A DNA stretch of 64,000 nucleotides from a virus (Duplodnaviria > Caudoviricetes). The stretch spans positions 19,298 to 83,297 of IMG/VR virus record IMGVR_UViG_3300039167_000005. One strand, 5' to 3'. The translations under genes and the position numbers were made by a program. How positions within the stretch are numbered: position 1 is the stretch's first letter; every line of letters starts with the position of its first letter. Positions 1 through 9,355 of this stretch are shown here, piece by piece. The notes under the pieces are model-generated. The model saw only the letters and a list, made by a program, of their open reading frames with translations. It searched no databases and was not told where the DNA came from.

Positions 1-4
1 GCTA

Positions 5-643
5 ATGCGGGACACTCTCAAAATCCCGTCTGGTTACAGCACTTACGAATACAAATCAAGTCGTAGTCGAAACAAGACAGAAACACGTCACACAGCAGGC
101 TACATTGGCGATTTGCAACGAAACATTAAGACTTCTGATGGTTATGAGATGAAGCTTCGTGATTTGAATTCTTACCCTGAAACCTTTAAGCGTATTGCAA
201 ATGATCTGAAAGGTAAGATTCGTTCTGTTGAGGCTGAGAAAGCAAAAGAAGAGAAAGCTAAGAAAGAAGTGTTGGCTAAAGCTCGCTTGCAAGTGAAGTA
301 TGGTTTGACGGAAGACAGCGATTGGTCTGATGTTCTTGACATTCTCGACAGCAAGTGTAAATATTTCAAGCTTGCCCGAGCAATGGAGGATACACGTAAC
401 GATTGGAATGATGGATATGGTCGTGTACAATATGCAATCTCCTCATTCTCTGTAGAGACACCAGAAGATCAGGAGATCTATGATGAAATCTTTGAGCTTG
501 CACATGAGTATGAAGATATTGACGGTCGAATATTCCGTGACTGCACCCACAACTACTCAGTTCTTTACGGGAAGGTTGACTCTGATTTGAGGAGCGACTA
601 CAATACCCTGAAAGAATACTACGACACTTCTTGGGAGGAATAA
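5..643 (+). CDS. hypothetical phage protein
   Basis: 212-aa ORF on the coding strand; may start upstream of the window. Confidence 0.7.
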   Translation: MRDTLKIPSGYSTYEYKSSRSRNKTETRHTAGYIGDLQRNIKTSDGYEMKLRDLNSYPETFKRIANDLKGKIRSVEAEKAKEEKAKKEVLAKARLQVKYGLTEDSDWSDVLDILDSKCKYFKLARAMEDTRNDWNDGYGRVQYAISSFSVETPEDQEIYDEIFELAHEYEDIDGRIFRDCTHNYSVLYGKVDSDLRSDYNTLKEYYDTSWEE

Positions 644-646
644 TTT

Positions 647-828
647 ATGTTTGAAGCTTTCTGGAACACATCTTTCAGGGGATGATTTCTGAAGCTGAGG
701 CTGAGCGTATTGCTGAAGACGTTAAACAGCTCCGCATGGTAATTGTGAAACGTATCGACTCACGGAGTAAGGAGTATCGCTTAGCAAATAGTGGTGTAGA
801 GTTTGAAAACTGGATCAAAGGAGATTAA
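647..828 (+). pseudogene. small frameshifted ORF
   Basis: GGAGG RBS and ATG at 647 read MFEAF; a long open frame (LEHIFQGMISE...KGD*) continues one base off from 661 to TAA 828. Confidence 0.45.
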
Positions 829-829
829 A

Positions 830-1288
830 ATGGAAATTGACATTAGTGCATATTTGAGCGAAGAAGATAAACAACGTATTGCGGAAGAAGAATATCGAAA
901 AGTTATCCGTTCAATTGTCTACACAGACAAGGAGCGTCTCTTTAGTAATGCAGCTTATAGAACTGTTCAGAAACTGGTTGATGAGCGATTTGGTGAATCT
1001 CTAAGTAAAATCCTAGAGGAAAAGACTGTAAAGATCATTAATGATCTTTCTACGTATACCGTATTCAAAAAGAAAGATGCTTGGGATAATGATGATTCAA
1101 AAGGATGGAAGTATCTGCAAGAATCTGTGGACAAACATAAAGACCTTATCGAGGACAGGGTTGTGCAGATTATCCAAGAGGTGGATTCTGACTATGTTCG
1201 CAATCGCCTAGAGGACTTGATGTGTGAGGTGGTTGAGAATCGTTTGCTAGGTAAATCTTTTAAGAAGGAGGACAACAATGAGCTTTGA
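830..1288 (+). CDS. hypothetical protein
   Basis: ORF 803-1288; ATG 830 follows an AAGGAG RBS. Confidence 0.75.
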   Translation: MEIDISAYLSEEDKQRIAEEEYRKVIRSIVYTDKERLFSNAAYRTVQKLVDERFGESLSKILEEKTVKIINDLSTYTVFKKKDAWDNDDSKGWKYLQESVDKHKDLIEDRVVQIIQEVDSDYVRNRLEDLMCEVVENRLLGKSFKKEDNNEL

Positions 1289-1652
1289 CCTAAAGAAAGA
1301 CCCTTGGTATATCCGCGTGAATTCGCCTGAAGAGAGTGCTGCTGTACAAGAGTGGCTATTTGAACAAGGAATTACATGGTGGCGTAACTACACTGTAGTC
1401 AAACATACCTTTAGTCGCTATCTAACCAACTCATACTCTTCAGGAGATGTAGAGCCTCACCTGATGTTTGGCACGAACGAGATTGATAAGTTCTCAGATC
1501 AGCGCAAAGAACTTAAAGTCATCTTTGAGAAAGTCTTGCGGGTGGAAAAAGTAATCACCCCTGAAATCCGGGAGAAGATTGAAGTTGGTGGGAAGCAATA
1601 CTACAAAGAAGATGTAGAGAAGGCTTTACAACTGTTGAAGCCTATCAACTAG
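1278..1652 (+). CDS. hypothetical protein, paralog of 8657-9013
   Basis: AGGAGG RBS; shared RVxSPExS...WLFExG..W and C-terminal GK.Y.KE motifs. Confidence 0.75.
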   Translation: MSFDLKKDPWYIRVNSPEESAAVQEWLFEQGITWWRNYTVVKHTFSRYLTNSYSSGDVEPHLMFGTNEIDKFSDQRKELKVIFEKVLRVEKVITPEIREKIEVGGKQYYKEDVEKALQLLKPIN

Positions 1653-1670
1653 CTCGGAAGGAGAAACACT

Positions 1671-1847
1671 ATGACTATCAAGAACATTAATGTATTTGGA
1701 TATGAGATGGAAGTAGCTGTCAGCGACATTGGCTGGAAGCTTCTGTCTGCTTGTATTGGTGAGCATTGCGTGGACGAGGAAGAGCTTGAAGCTATCTCTG
1801 TTGAGTTTGCGGTAGAAATTGAAGAAGAGATTTATGGAGACCTCTGA
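1671..1847 (+). CDS. small acidic hypothetical protein (58 aa)
   Basis: AAGGAGA RBS, ATG 1671, TGA 1847. Confidence 0.6.
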   Translation: MTIKNINVFGYEMEVAVSDIGWKLLSACIGEHCVDEEELEAISVEFAVEIEEEIYGDL

Positions 1848-1849
1848 TA

Positions 1850-2047
1850 ATGACTAAGCAAGCAATTTTTACGGTAGAGATTTATGGTAAAGGCAGTAAT
1901 ACTCTAATAGGTTTTAGTACAATCACACTCGTATATTCTGCGGAAACCACGGCTGTGGAACTCTACGAAATGCTACTACAAGATATTAACGAGTATTGTA
2001 CAAATCAGGATATTGTTATCAAAATTACTAACAGTTTCGTGCTGTAA
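1850..2047 (+). CDS. hypothetical protein
   Basis: 65-aa ORF coupled to the upstream gene. Confidence 0.55.
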   Translation: MTKQAIFTVEIYGKGSNTLIGFSTITLVYSAETTAVELYEMLLQDINEYCTNQDIVIKITNSFVL

Positions 2048-2158
2048 CGATGTGGACAACGCTACTGGCTCTGCATAGCAGCACCCATGCGTGGCAGCTT
2101 AGTATTATAATAGGGGCTAAAATTGAGTTATTTTCGCAAGTTTAAGAAAGGAGAGAAC

Positions 2159-3799
2159 ATGGGCAGTGATGTAGGCTTTGAACCAAAAGAAACGCTCCAA
2201 GAGGTTTCTACTTTCAAGGCCGTAGATGTATCAGAACGTGGTATTCGAAAAGAGACTCTGGAGCGTTTTGGTGTAAAGGTGGCGGTATCTACTGAGGACG
2301 GCAAAACGCCTGTTGCAGTGTATTTTCCCTCTGTTAATCAGAAAGGTAAGGTAACGGGCTACGCCAAGCAAGACCTGACTAAAACTAAGGAAGAAAAAGG
2401 CCATTGGTCTTGTATTGGAAGTGTCACGATTGGAAATAAACTGTTCGGACAAAACGTAGCAGAACAACAGAACCGTAAACGGAATAATCTTGTAATCACT
2501 GAAGGCCAGTGGGATACCCTTTCGGTTTATCAAGCTCTGGTTGATAACGTCAAAGGAACTAAGTACGAGGGTCTTGAACCTCTTGTAGCTTCCATCCCTA
2601 TGGGCACTGCAAACGCGGTGGAGTCAATTCTTCACAATGAAGATTATGTGATGAGCCACGACGCTCTAACTATTTTCTTTGATGATGACCACTGCACGCC
2701 AGCAGAACTCAAGAGAAATATTATGAAAGGGCATGAAGCACGAGAAGCTGTAGCGAATGCTCTTGTTGGTAGCGGACTTTCCTTGTTTACGGTAAGCCCT
2801 GACGATGGCCTAAAAGATGCCTCTGATTACATGCAGATTGGGCGTTGGGAAGACCTAGCAAAGCTAGTACAGTTTGGTCGCCGGCCCTATTCTTCTGAGA
2901 AGATTGTGAAGGCTGCTGATTTGGATTTGGACTTTCTGTTAGAGCCTCGCCCAGAAGGGATTTATGTAGACAGCTTCCCCAAACTGATGGAAAAGCTACA
3001 CGGCTTTCGAACCCGAGAACTTGTGCTTCTGACCAGCCCAAGTGGTGTAGGTAAGAGTACGGTTTGTTCTATTTTTGCATCTGCTTTCATGGAGGCGGGT
3101 GAAAAGTTGGGTATGGTGTATTTGGAGGAAACCAACAAAGAAACGATGCAACGCCTCATTGCCTCTAAGTTGAAGGTCAATTATTTGGAGTTTAAAAACG
3201 ATCCGCTTAAAGTAGCTACACGGGATCAAATTGAAGCAGCTTACAAAAGCATCGTAGATAATGACCAACTGGTGATGTTGGGACACTTTGGTTCGTTGCC
3301 GGTAAGTGAGCTCATGGCAAAGATCAAGCATATGCATCTGGTTGAGGGCTGTAAGTTCATTATCTTGGATCACCTGAGCTTGGTTATTTCTGGCAGTGCT
3401 GTTAAGGATGAGCGTAAAGAGTTGGATATGGTCATGACTGAGCTTGCCGCATTTTGTGCAGCGAACGAAGTTTGCATTATTGCAGTAAGTCACATTAACC
3501 GTAGCGCTGCTGAACAGTTCAAAGCTCCGAAGTTAAAAGAAGGGGAGGAACCTAAGCCGTATTGGGTACAAGTGACCAAAGAAATGATGCGCGGTTCCGC
3601 TGCATTGGAACAACTGAGCTTTATTATTATCGGACTAGAGCCTGAGATTCTTCCTGATCGCAGCCGAGGCCGAGTACGGCTGACTGCCTTGAAGAACCGT
3701 CCGTGGGGGTATCTCGGGGTCTGCGATGCTTTCAAAATCGACGACGAAAGTTGGGAAGTTCTGCTATGCGAGGACCAGTTTGAGGATGTAACGTTTTGA
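2159..3799 (+). CDS. T7 gp4-type DNA primase-helicase
   Basis: TOPRIM motifs EGQWD, FFDDD, KDASD; DnaB-family motifs SPSGVGKST, ILDHL, HINR, RGSAALEQ, KNR; AAGGAG RBS before ATG 2159. Confidence 0.93.
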   Translation: MGSDVGFEPKETLQEVSTFKAVDVSERGIRKETLERFGVKVAVSTEDGKTPVAVYFPSVNQKGKVTGYAKQDLTKTKEEKGHWSCIGSVTIGNKLFGQNVAEQQNRKRNNLVITEGQWDTLSVYQALVDNVKGTKYEGLEPLVASIPMGTANAVESILHNEDYVMSHDALTIFFDDDHCTPAELKRNIMKGHEAREAVANALVGSGLSLFTVSPDDGLKDASDYMQIGRWEDLAKLVQFGRRPYSSEKIVKAADLDLDFLLEPRPEGIYVDSFPKLMEKLHGFRTRELVLLTSPSGVGKSTVCSIFASAFMEAGEKLGMVYLEETNKETMQRLIASKLKVNYLEFKNDPLKVATRDQIEAAYKSIVDNDQLVMLGHFGSLPVSELMAKIKHMHLVEGCKFIILDHLSLVISGSAVKDERKELDMVMTELAAFCAANEVCIIAVSHINRSAAEQFKAPKLKEGEEPKPYWVQVTKEMMRGSAALEQLSFIIIGLEPEILPDRSRGRVRLTALKNRPWGYLGVCDAFKIDDESWEVLLCEDQFEDVTF

Positions 3800-4428
3800 G
3801 CAAGTCGGTTGGTGGCTGGGGAGTTAATGACTCCTCAGAGCCTATTGGTAGTAGAAGCAGCGGGACGTTCAAGATAGTTTGTCCGTACTATGTCCGATGG
3901 GCTGCCATGATTAATAGGGCACATAACCCCGTATACCAAGAGGTGCAGAAAACTTACCAAGGTGTTGTAATTTGCGAGGAGTGGAGATTCTTCAGCAATT
4001 TCAAGGCTTGGATGGAACAACAAGATTGGGAAGATTATCAATTAGAGAAAGATATCCTCGGAGACGGAAAACTTTACAGCCCAGAGACATGCTGCTTTGT
4101 GCCTCAGAGGTTCAACGCACTCTTAACCCAAAGAGGAAACGCCCGTGGAGACTACCCTCTAGGTGTGCATTACAACAAGGCAAGAAAACCTTATAAAGCT
4201 ACGTGTCATGACGGTACAGGCCACGTTTACCTAGGAAGATTCTGTTGCCCTTACGAAGCTCACAAGGCTTGGCAACAAAAGAAAATTAGCGTCATTAGAC
4301 ATAGCGTCAGAGATTGGATGGAATCTTCTAGGCCGCCACACAGGCAAGAGATACCAGAGGCTTTACTTTCTAAGGCTAGCAAGATAGAGTCTGACCTACT
4401 AACTGGAAAAGTCACAGAAAATTTCTAG
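3796..4428 (+). CDS. free-standing HNH-like homing endonuclease
   Basis: YxxWxxMxxR...WxxFSNFKAWM...LEKD...YSPETCCFVP...N core plus AP2-like C-terminus; overlaps the helicase stop. Confidence 0.75.
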   Translation: MSKSVGGWGVNDSSEPIGSRSSGTFKIVCPYYVRWAAMINRAHNPVYQEVQKTYQGVVICEEWRFFSNFKAWMEQQDWEDYQLEKDILGDGKLYSPETCCFVPQRFNALLTQRGNARGDYPLGVHYNKARKPYKATCHDGTGHVYLGRFCCPYEAHKAWQQKKISVIRHSVRDWMESSRPPHRQEIPEALLSKASKIESDLLTGKVTENF

Positions 4429-4462
4429 GAGGCTTTTGCCTCCTAGGCTTACAGGAGGAAAT

Positions 4463-7012
4463 ATGCAACCTTGGGAAATTACGTGGGATATTGAAGCCAC
4501 AAATCTGCTTAACAGCGAATCTATCGACTACACAGCAATCCCCTATAAACTAAAAGATTCTTTCAAAATCCATTGTATTGTGGTAGGGGTGGTTGTTGGT
4601 GGTAAGGAGTACATGTATGGCTTCCATGACGGCGAGAAGTATATTTTCGACGGACGGGAGCGTAAGGTTACAGTAGAAGGTAAAACTTATGTACTGCCAG
4701 CAGGATATGCACCTGTAGATTACATTCATAAACCCTTGAACGAGTTTCCCAAGTTTGTAGAAAAACTCCCGGAAGGCTCCAAGGTGATTGCACATAACCA
4801 GATTAACTACGACCTACTGGCTGTCAAGCTCTATTGGGGCATCCCCTACGAGGTGGAGCGAGATATGTCTATCGAAGCAGATTTAGGGGACGATTATTGG
4901 GCAGGCAAGAAAGTAGTGTTTGATGACACCCTTGTACGCTCAAAAACCCTAAACCCGGATCGTTATGGTGGACACTCCCTTGATAACCTTTCACAGAAGG
5001 GCGAAGCACAGAAAATTGAATTCCGCAAACATCTTCCTCAAGAGGAACGATTCAAACACTTTGGTCCAGATATGTTGTACTACAACATCTTTGACGTTAA
5101 AGCAAACAAAGGTGTAGCCAAACTCCTAGACGAAGAGATGAAGGCGTACAATTGGAATGAGAAGTGGAATAAAGCGATTAAGTTGGAGAAAGCTGTTGCT
5201 GAACTGATTACTCGTCAGGAGCACCGGGGCTTCAAGTTTGATATTGAACTGGCACAACGGAATCTGGATGAGCTAGATAAGATGATGGAAGAGCGTCGAG
5301 TAAAAATCGAGGCCATTCTTCCTCCGCGTCCAGCTACAAAGAAAGTACAGGGAGATTCCACACCCCCGAAAGGTCAGTTTAAGAAAAATGGGGATTACTC
5401 TGCTAATTTGCTGAAGTTTGCTGATAAAATGGGGGCAGTCATTGAGGATGGAAAGTTTCTCTATGGGGGGAAGGCTTACGATCTTCCACTACCCTTGGAG
5501 CCTCTGATTACAGAGATGAAATCTACGGTGAATGACACTACGCACATCAAGGATTGGCTCGTTTCATTGGGATGGACTCCTTCAGAATACAAAGAGAAAG
5601 ACTTGACTGTTGATACCAAGAAAAATAAACTTTCTCCTGAAAAACTGAAGGCAGCAATTGAGCGGTACGTGGAGCAGACGGTAGACACGAGTTTCTGTAA
5701 GGATCGGTGTGAGCATTTGGGTATCCATGTCGGTCCTCGAATGACACAAGATTCTATTCGACAAAAGCTTTATGCTGAGTTGAACAAGCGCACAGACCGG
5801 AAGGGCGGCATCAAGGTGTTGACCAACCCGAGTTTCACGGTTGGTCAAGAGAAGGAAATTTGTCCCGACCTAGAGAGGTTGGCTAGTAGTTCCGAAGAGT
5901 TGCGTTGCATTACAGACATTACGGAATACTTAACTTATCGGCATCGGCGAAATAGTATTCTGGGTGGTGGTGCGGATTGGGAGGACGATGAAGAGCCTGA
6001 AAAGGGTTATCTTTCCGCTGTCAGGGAGGATGGGCGAATTCCAACCCCAGCGGATACTTGCGGAGCTGCAACTTCGCGCTTCAAGCATCGTTTGGTTACG
6101 AATATTCCACGGGTAACATCCCTTTTTGGGCATAATATGCGGGCTATGTTTGGGGTGGATGATACTTGTTACCAAATCGGCTACGACTTTGATTCCCTCG
6201 AAGCACGGGAAGAGGCAAACTTCTGTTGGCCATTTGAGAGCGGGGAGCGGGAATACTGCCAGTCGCTGTTGTTGGATAAGCCAAACGACGTGCATACAAA
6301 AATGGCACAAAAGATTTCGGCTATTATTGCGAGAGATTTTGCCCGTGGGCCTGCAAAGTCGGTAAAGTATGGTGCAACTTACGGGGCTCAAGGCCCAAAG
6401 ATTGCTAAGACAATTGGTTGTGACGTAGAAACTGGTAACATGATTTTCGAAGCTTTCTGGCAGGCAGCAGCACCGTTGAAGAAGCTGAAAGATGCTCTGA
6501 ATCTAGAGTGGGCTAAGTTTGATAAGAAAAAGATTATCGGTATTGATGGCCGTCTGGTCCCAACCCGTTCAGCCCATGCTATCCTGAACTCGAAGTTCCA
6601 GAGTTCTGGTGTTATCTGCGCGAAGCGAGCTATGGTGATCCATGATCGAAAACTAAAGGCTGCAGGATTGCTGGTAGACTTCTTTGCAGAAGATTGGACC
6701 AAGAAAGATTTTTGCCAACAACTCATTGCATACCATGACGAGGCGCAGCTTGAGGTGAACAAGGCTGCTGTCCAGTTTAAGCGTTTCCCTGAGAAGGAAG
6801 AAGCTCAAGCCTTTAAGGACGAGCGTTTTGAGCAATATGGAGAAATCTGGAGTGACATTAAGGATTCTCCAAAGGGGGGTATATATGTGGCTTATTGTAA
6901 GGGGGGTCAGATGGCTATTGAAGCAGTAAATGAGTCTGGCCGTGATTTTGGTATGGTGATTGACCTGACTGCCGGATATATGGTTGAGAAGTCATGGGCA
7001 GGGTGCCACTAA
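4463..7012 (+). CDS. family A DNA polymerase with 3'-5' exonuclease
   Basis: ExoI WDIEA, ExoII HNQINYD; motif A YDFDSLE, motif B AKSVKYGATYG, motif C YHDE; C-terminal WAGCH. Confidence 0.93.
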   Translation: MQPWEITWDIEATNLLNSESIDYTAIPYKLKDSFKIHCIVVGVVVGGKEYMYGFHDGEKYIFDGRERKVTVEGKTYVLPAGYAPVDYIHKPLNEFPKFVEKLPEGSKVIAHNQINYDLLAVKLYWGIPYEVERDMSIEADLGDDYWAGKKVVFDDTLVRSKTLNPDRYGGHSLDNLSQKGEAQKIEFRKHLPQEERFKHFGPDMLYYNIFDVKANKGVAKLLDEEMKAYNWNEKWNKAIKLEKAVAELITRQEHRGFKFDIELAQRNLDELDKMMEERRVKIEAILPPRPATKKVQGDSTPPKGQFKKNGDYSANLLKFADKMGAVIEDGKFLYGGKAYDLPLPLEPLITEMKSTVNDTTHIKDWLVSLGWTPSEYKEKDLTVDTKKNKLSPEKLKAAIERYVEQTVDTSFCKDRCEHLGIHVGPRMTQDSIRQKLYAELNKRTDRKGGIKVLTNPSFTVGQEKEICPDLERLASSSEELRCITDITEYLTYRHRRNSILGGGADWEDDEEPEKGYLSAVREDGRIPTPADTCGAATSRFKHRLVTNIPRVTSLFGHNMRAMFGVDDTCYQIGYDFDSLEAREEANFCWPFESGEREYCQSLLLDKPNDVHTKMAQKISAIIARDFARGPAKSVKYGATYGAQGPKIAKTIGCDVETGNMIFEAFWQAAAPLKKLKDALNLEWAKFDKKKIIGIDGRLVPTRSAHAILNSKFQSSGVICAKRAMVIHDRKLKAAGLLVDFFAEDWTKKDFCQQLIAYHDEAQLEVNKAAVQFKRFPEKEEAQAFKDERFEQYGEIWSDIKDSPKGGIYVAYCKGGQMAIEAVNESGRDFGMVIDLTAGYMVEKSWAGCH

Positions 7013-7032
7013 TGTGAGGGTAATATGAATTA

Positions 7033-8091
7033 ATGTTTTTCGTTAACAACATCACAGAAGATCATAAAAAGTCTTCTGGGATTTATGAGATAAGAAACAA
7101 ACTTAATAATAAAGTCTACGTGGGCAAGACAGTCAATTTCAGTAGAAGATACACTGCTTACAAGGGAGGATTTAAGAAGCAGGACGTTAGAAAAATAAAT
7201 CAACGTTTTCTGAATTCAATTAATAAGTATGGCCCAGAGAATTTCACATTTTCCGTTATTGAGGCGTGCCCTGTAGAACTCTTAGCTGAAAGAGAGCTGG
7301 CCTGGATGGAATATTTCGAATCAACCAATCCTGAAAAGGGTTACAACCTTAGAATGGACTCTTCCACAGGTATGGTCACACATCCCTCTACCAGCAAAAA
7401 GATATCTACGAGAATTAAGAAAGAGTACGATACCGGAGTTAGGAGCCGAGAGGCTATAAGTATCTGGGCCACGGCTTTATGGGAAGATGGGGACAAGAAA
7501 GAGCAGATGGCAAGGAGTGTTTCTAAAGCCAAGGCATCTTTCTTTATCCAGAGAACAATGGAAGGTGAGCCGATTGCTGTATGGTCAAACATAAATCAGA
7601 TCATAGAACACAATCCGGGCTATAAGTGGCAGAATATCTATGCCGCCTGTAATGGAAACAAGGCAAGCTACATGAAGTCCAAATGGGAACGGACAGCTTC
7701 AGTCCATGCAGAGCTTCAGCACCTTTTGATTGAGTATGATTTCTCGATAATCAATAGGAAAGGAGAGGATGGATTCTTTGACCAAGCTGGCGCACCTAAT
7801 AAGGCAGAATACACCTATCTGGTAGAGAGGGGTGGTAAAGTATACGAAATTTTGGGAGGTGCAATCCAAGATTTCTACTCAAACGTTTATTGTGCTTTCT
7901 ACAGAAAGAAATCTGATGTTATTAGGTATGGAGAGTATACTATTACCAGAACACCCTTCATAGCGTCAGAATCTAAGTCAGTGGAGCACTATCGACAAGA
8001 GCTTGAGAGGTTGTTGGAAACTGTAGCTTCTATCAACGAAGCACTCCTCATAGATAAAATCAACTGGAATACGCCAACAAATATGGAATAA
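7033..8091 (+). CDS. GIY-YIG (Seg-like) homing endonuclease
   Basis: SGIYEIRNKLNNKVYVGK...R...E...GYN; NUMOD1-like HTH segment downstream. Confidence 0.85.
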   Translation: MFFVNNITEDHKKSSGIYEIRNKLNNKVYVGKTVNFSRRYTAYKGGFKKQDVRKINQRFLNSINKYGPENFTFSVIEACPVELLAERELAWMEYFESTNPEKGYNLRMDSSTGMVTHPSTSKKISTRIKKEYDTGVRSREAISIWATALWEDGDKKEQMARSVSKAKASFFIQRTMEGEPIAVWSNINQIIEHNPGYKWQNIYAACNGNKASYMKSKWERTASVHAELQHLLIEYDFSIINRKGEDGFFDQAGAPNKAEYTYLVERGGKVYEILGGAIQDFYSNVYCAFYRKKSDVIRYGEYTITRTPFIASESKSVEHYRQELERLLETVASINEALLIDKINWNTPTNME

Positions 8092-8125
8092 TAGGTTCAT
8101 TGAAACGAACAAAGGAGAAAAATAA

Positions 8126-8320
8126 ATGAGTGAATACGTAAAGATTCGTCTATATGTTGGGACCGGCTTTGCTGGTTGTGACCATGAAGATATTTATGAG
8201 TACCCGCGAGAAGAATGGGAAGTAATGACCGAAGAACAGCAGGAAAAGACTCTAAGTCAACTTGCTACGGATTATTTGTGGAATACCATTGACTGTTCTG
8301 CTTGGGTAGAGGAAGAATGA
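8126..8320 (+). CDS. hypothetical protein
   Basis: AAGGAG RBS, 64 aa. Confidence 0.7.
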   Translation: MSEYVKIRLYVGTGFAGCDHEDIYEYPREEWEVMTEEQQEKTLSQLATDYLWNTIDCSAWVEEE

Positions 8321-8670
8321 CTAAAATCTATTGCAAAGACAAAGAGGGTAACCTTCGTTGTGTAGAAGCAGGTACTCAAGATGCTTCTATCTATGAAGAT
8401 GGGCAACAAAGCTTGCGCTCCCTCCTTCGTGATGTTAGTATCATCCCCAAGCAAAAGAGTTTCGTAGGTGTTGTACTGGATGGAGGATTGACAAGTTCTG
8501 AACAAGAGCCTGCTAAGCTCACGCAAGATGAGCGTGTTTACAATCTTCAAAACGCTGTGGTCTATTCAGGAAAACTGCTTGACTTCCTAGGAACGAAGGT
8601 GGATAATCTTGAAGAGTTGATTGATGAGTTTAACAATAAATTGCAGGAGGAATGTGATGACTCAATTTAA
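8317..8670 (+). CDS. hypothetical protein
   Basis: ATG overlaps the previous stop. Confidence 0.7.
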   Translation: MTKIYCKDKEGNLRCVEAGTQDASIYEDGQQSLRSLLRDVSIIPKQKSFVGVVLDGGLTSSEQEPAKLTQDERVYNLQNAVVYSGKLLDFLGTKVDNLEELIDEFNNKLQEECDDSI

Positions 8671-9013
8671 AGCAATGAAATTCCGGGTAGAATCTCCCGA
8701 GCATTCTGAGAAGACTCTGAATAAGCTGTTTGAAATGGGGTACGATTGGGAATGGAGCGTAGCTATCGAATGGCTACCTCCATACCATTTTATAAAATAC
8801 CTCTACACCTATGAGTGCGGAAAAATTACTTGGGGTGAAATGGAAGAGGTGTTTCTCGATAAACCTCATCAAGAAATGCAACTTGTGGAAATCTACGATT
8901 TTGTCCCTGTTCCAAAGAGCACACCAGAGAAAGATGTTGTAGTGTTTGACGGAAAGGAGTATGATAAGGAACAATTCAAAGAGCTTCTGAAGGAAGCATT
9001 GGACAAACTTTAA
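8657..9013 (+). CDS. hypothetical protein, paralog of 1278-1652
   Basis: AGGAGG RBS; motif similarity. Confidence 0.7.
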   Translation: MTQFKAMKFRVESPEHSEKTLNKLFEMGYDWEWSVAIEWLPPYHFIKYLYTYECGKITWGEMEEVFLDKPHQEMQLVEIYDFVPVPKSTPEKDVVVFDGKEYDKEQFKELLKEALDKL

Positions 9014-9025
9014 GGAGAAAGACCG

Positions 9026-9355
9026 ATGAAACCAACTGATAAGATCACGGTAGAGATTACCTTGGGCGAGCTTGCACGAATCTACGCCGTCATGGGTAAT
9101 GTCACAGCCGCCGCAGATTGTACGCTGTGGGACAAGGCTATGGAATTGCTTGACCCTGAGGGTGAAGTATATGACGCCATCATTGATGCAAGAGATGATG
9201 GGCGGACGACTAGGACCTTGCACTACCACACCTATCGAGAGGAATGGCTAAATGCTCTTTTCAAGCAAGAAACCGAGCAAGAAAAGCGTATCCGGGAGCT
9301 GAAGGAAACTATCACTAAAGCTCAACAGCAAATTAAAGAACTGGAGAATTGCTGA
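9026..9355 (+). CDS. hypothetical protein with C-terminal coiled coil
   Basis: AAGGAG RBS, 109 aa. Confidence 0.7.
   Translation: MKPTDKITVEITLGELARIYAVMGNVTAAADCTLWDKAMELLDPEGEVYDAIIDARDDGRTTRTLHYHTYREEWLNALFKQETEQEKRIRELKETITKAQQQIKELENC

Noticed and set aside
4463-7012. Intron or intein in the DNA polymerase
   Set aside because: The ORF is continuous, with all motifs in order and no intein C/S...HN-C/S/T boundaries.
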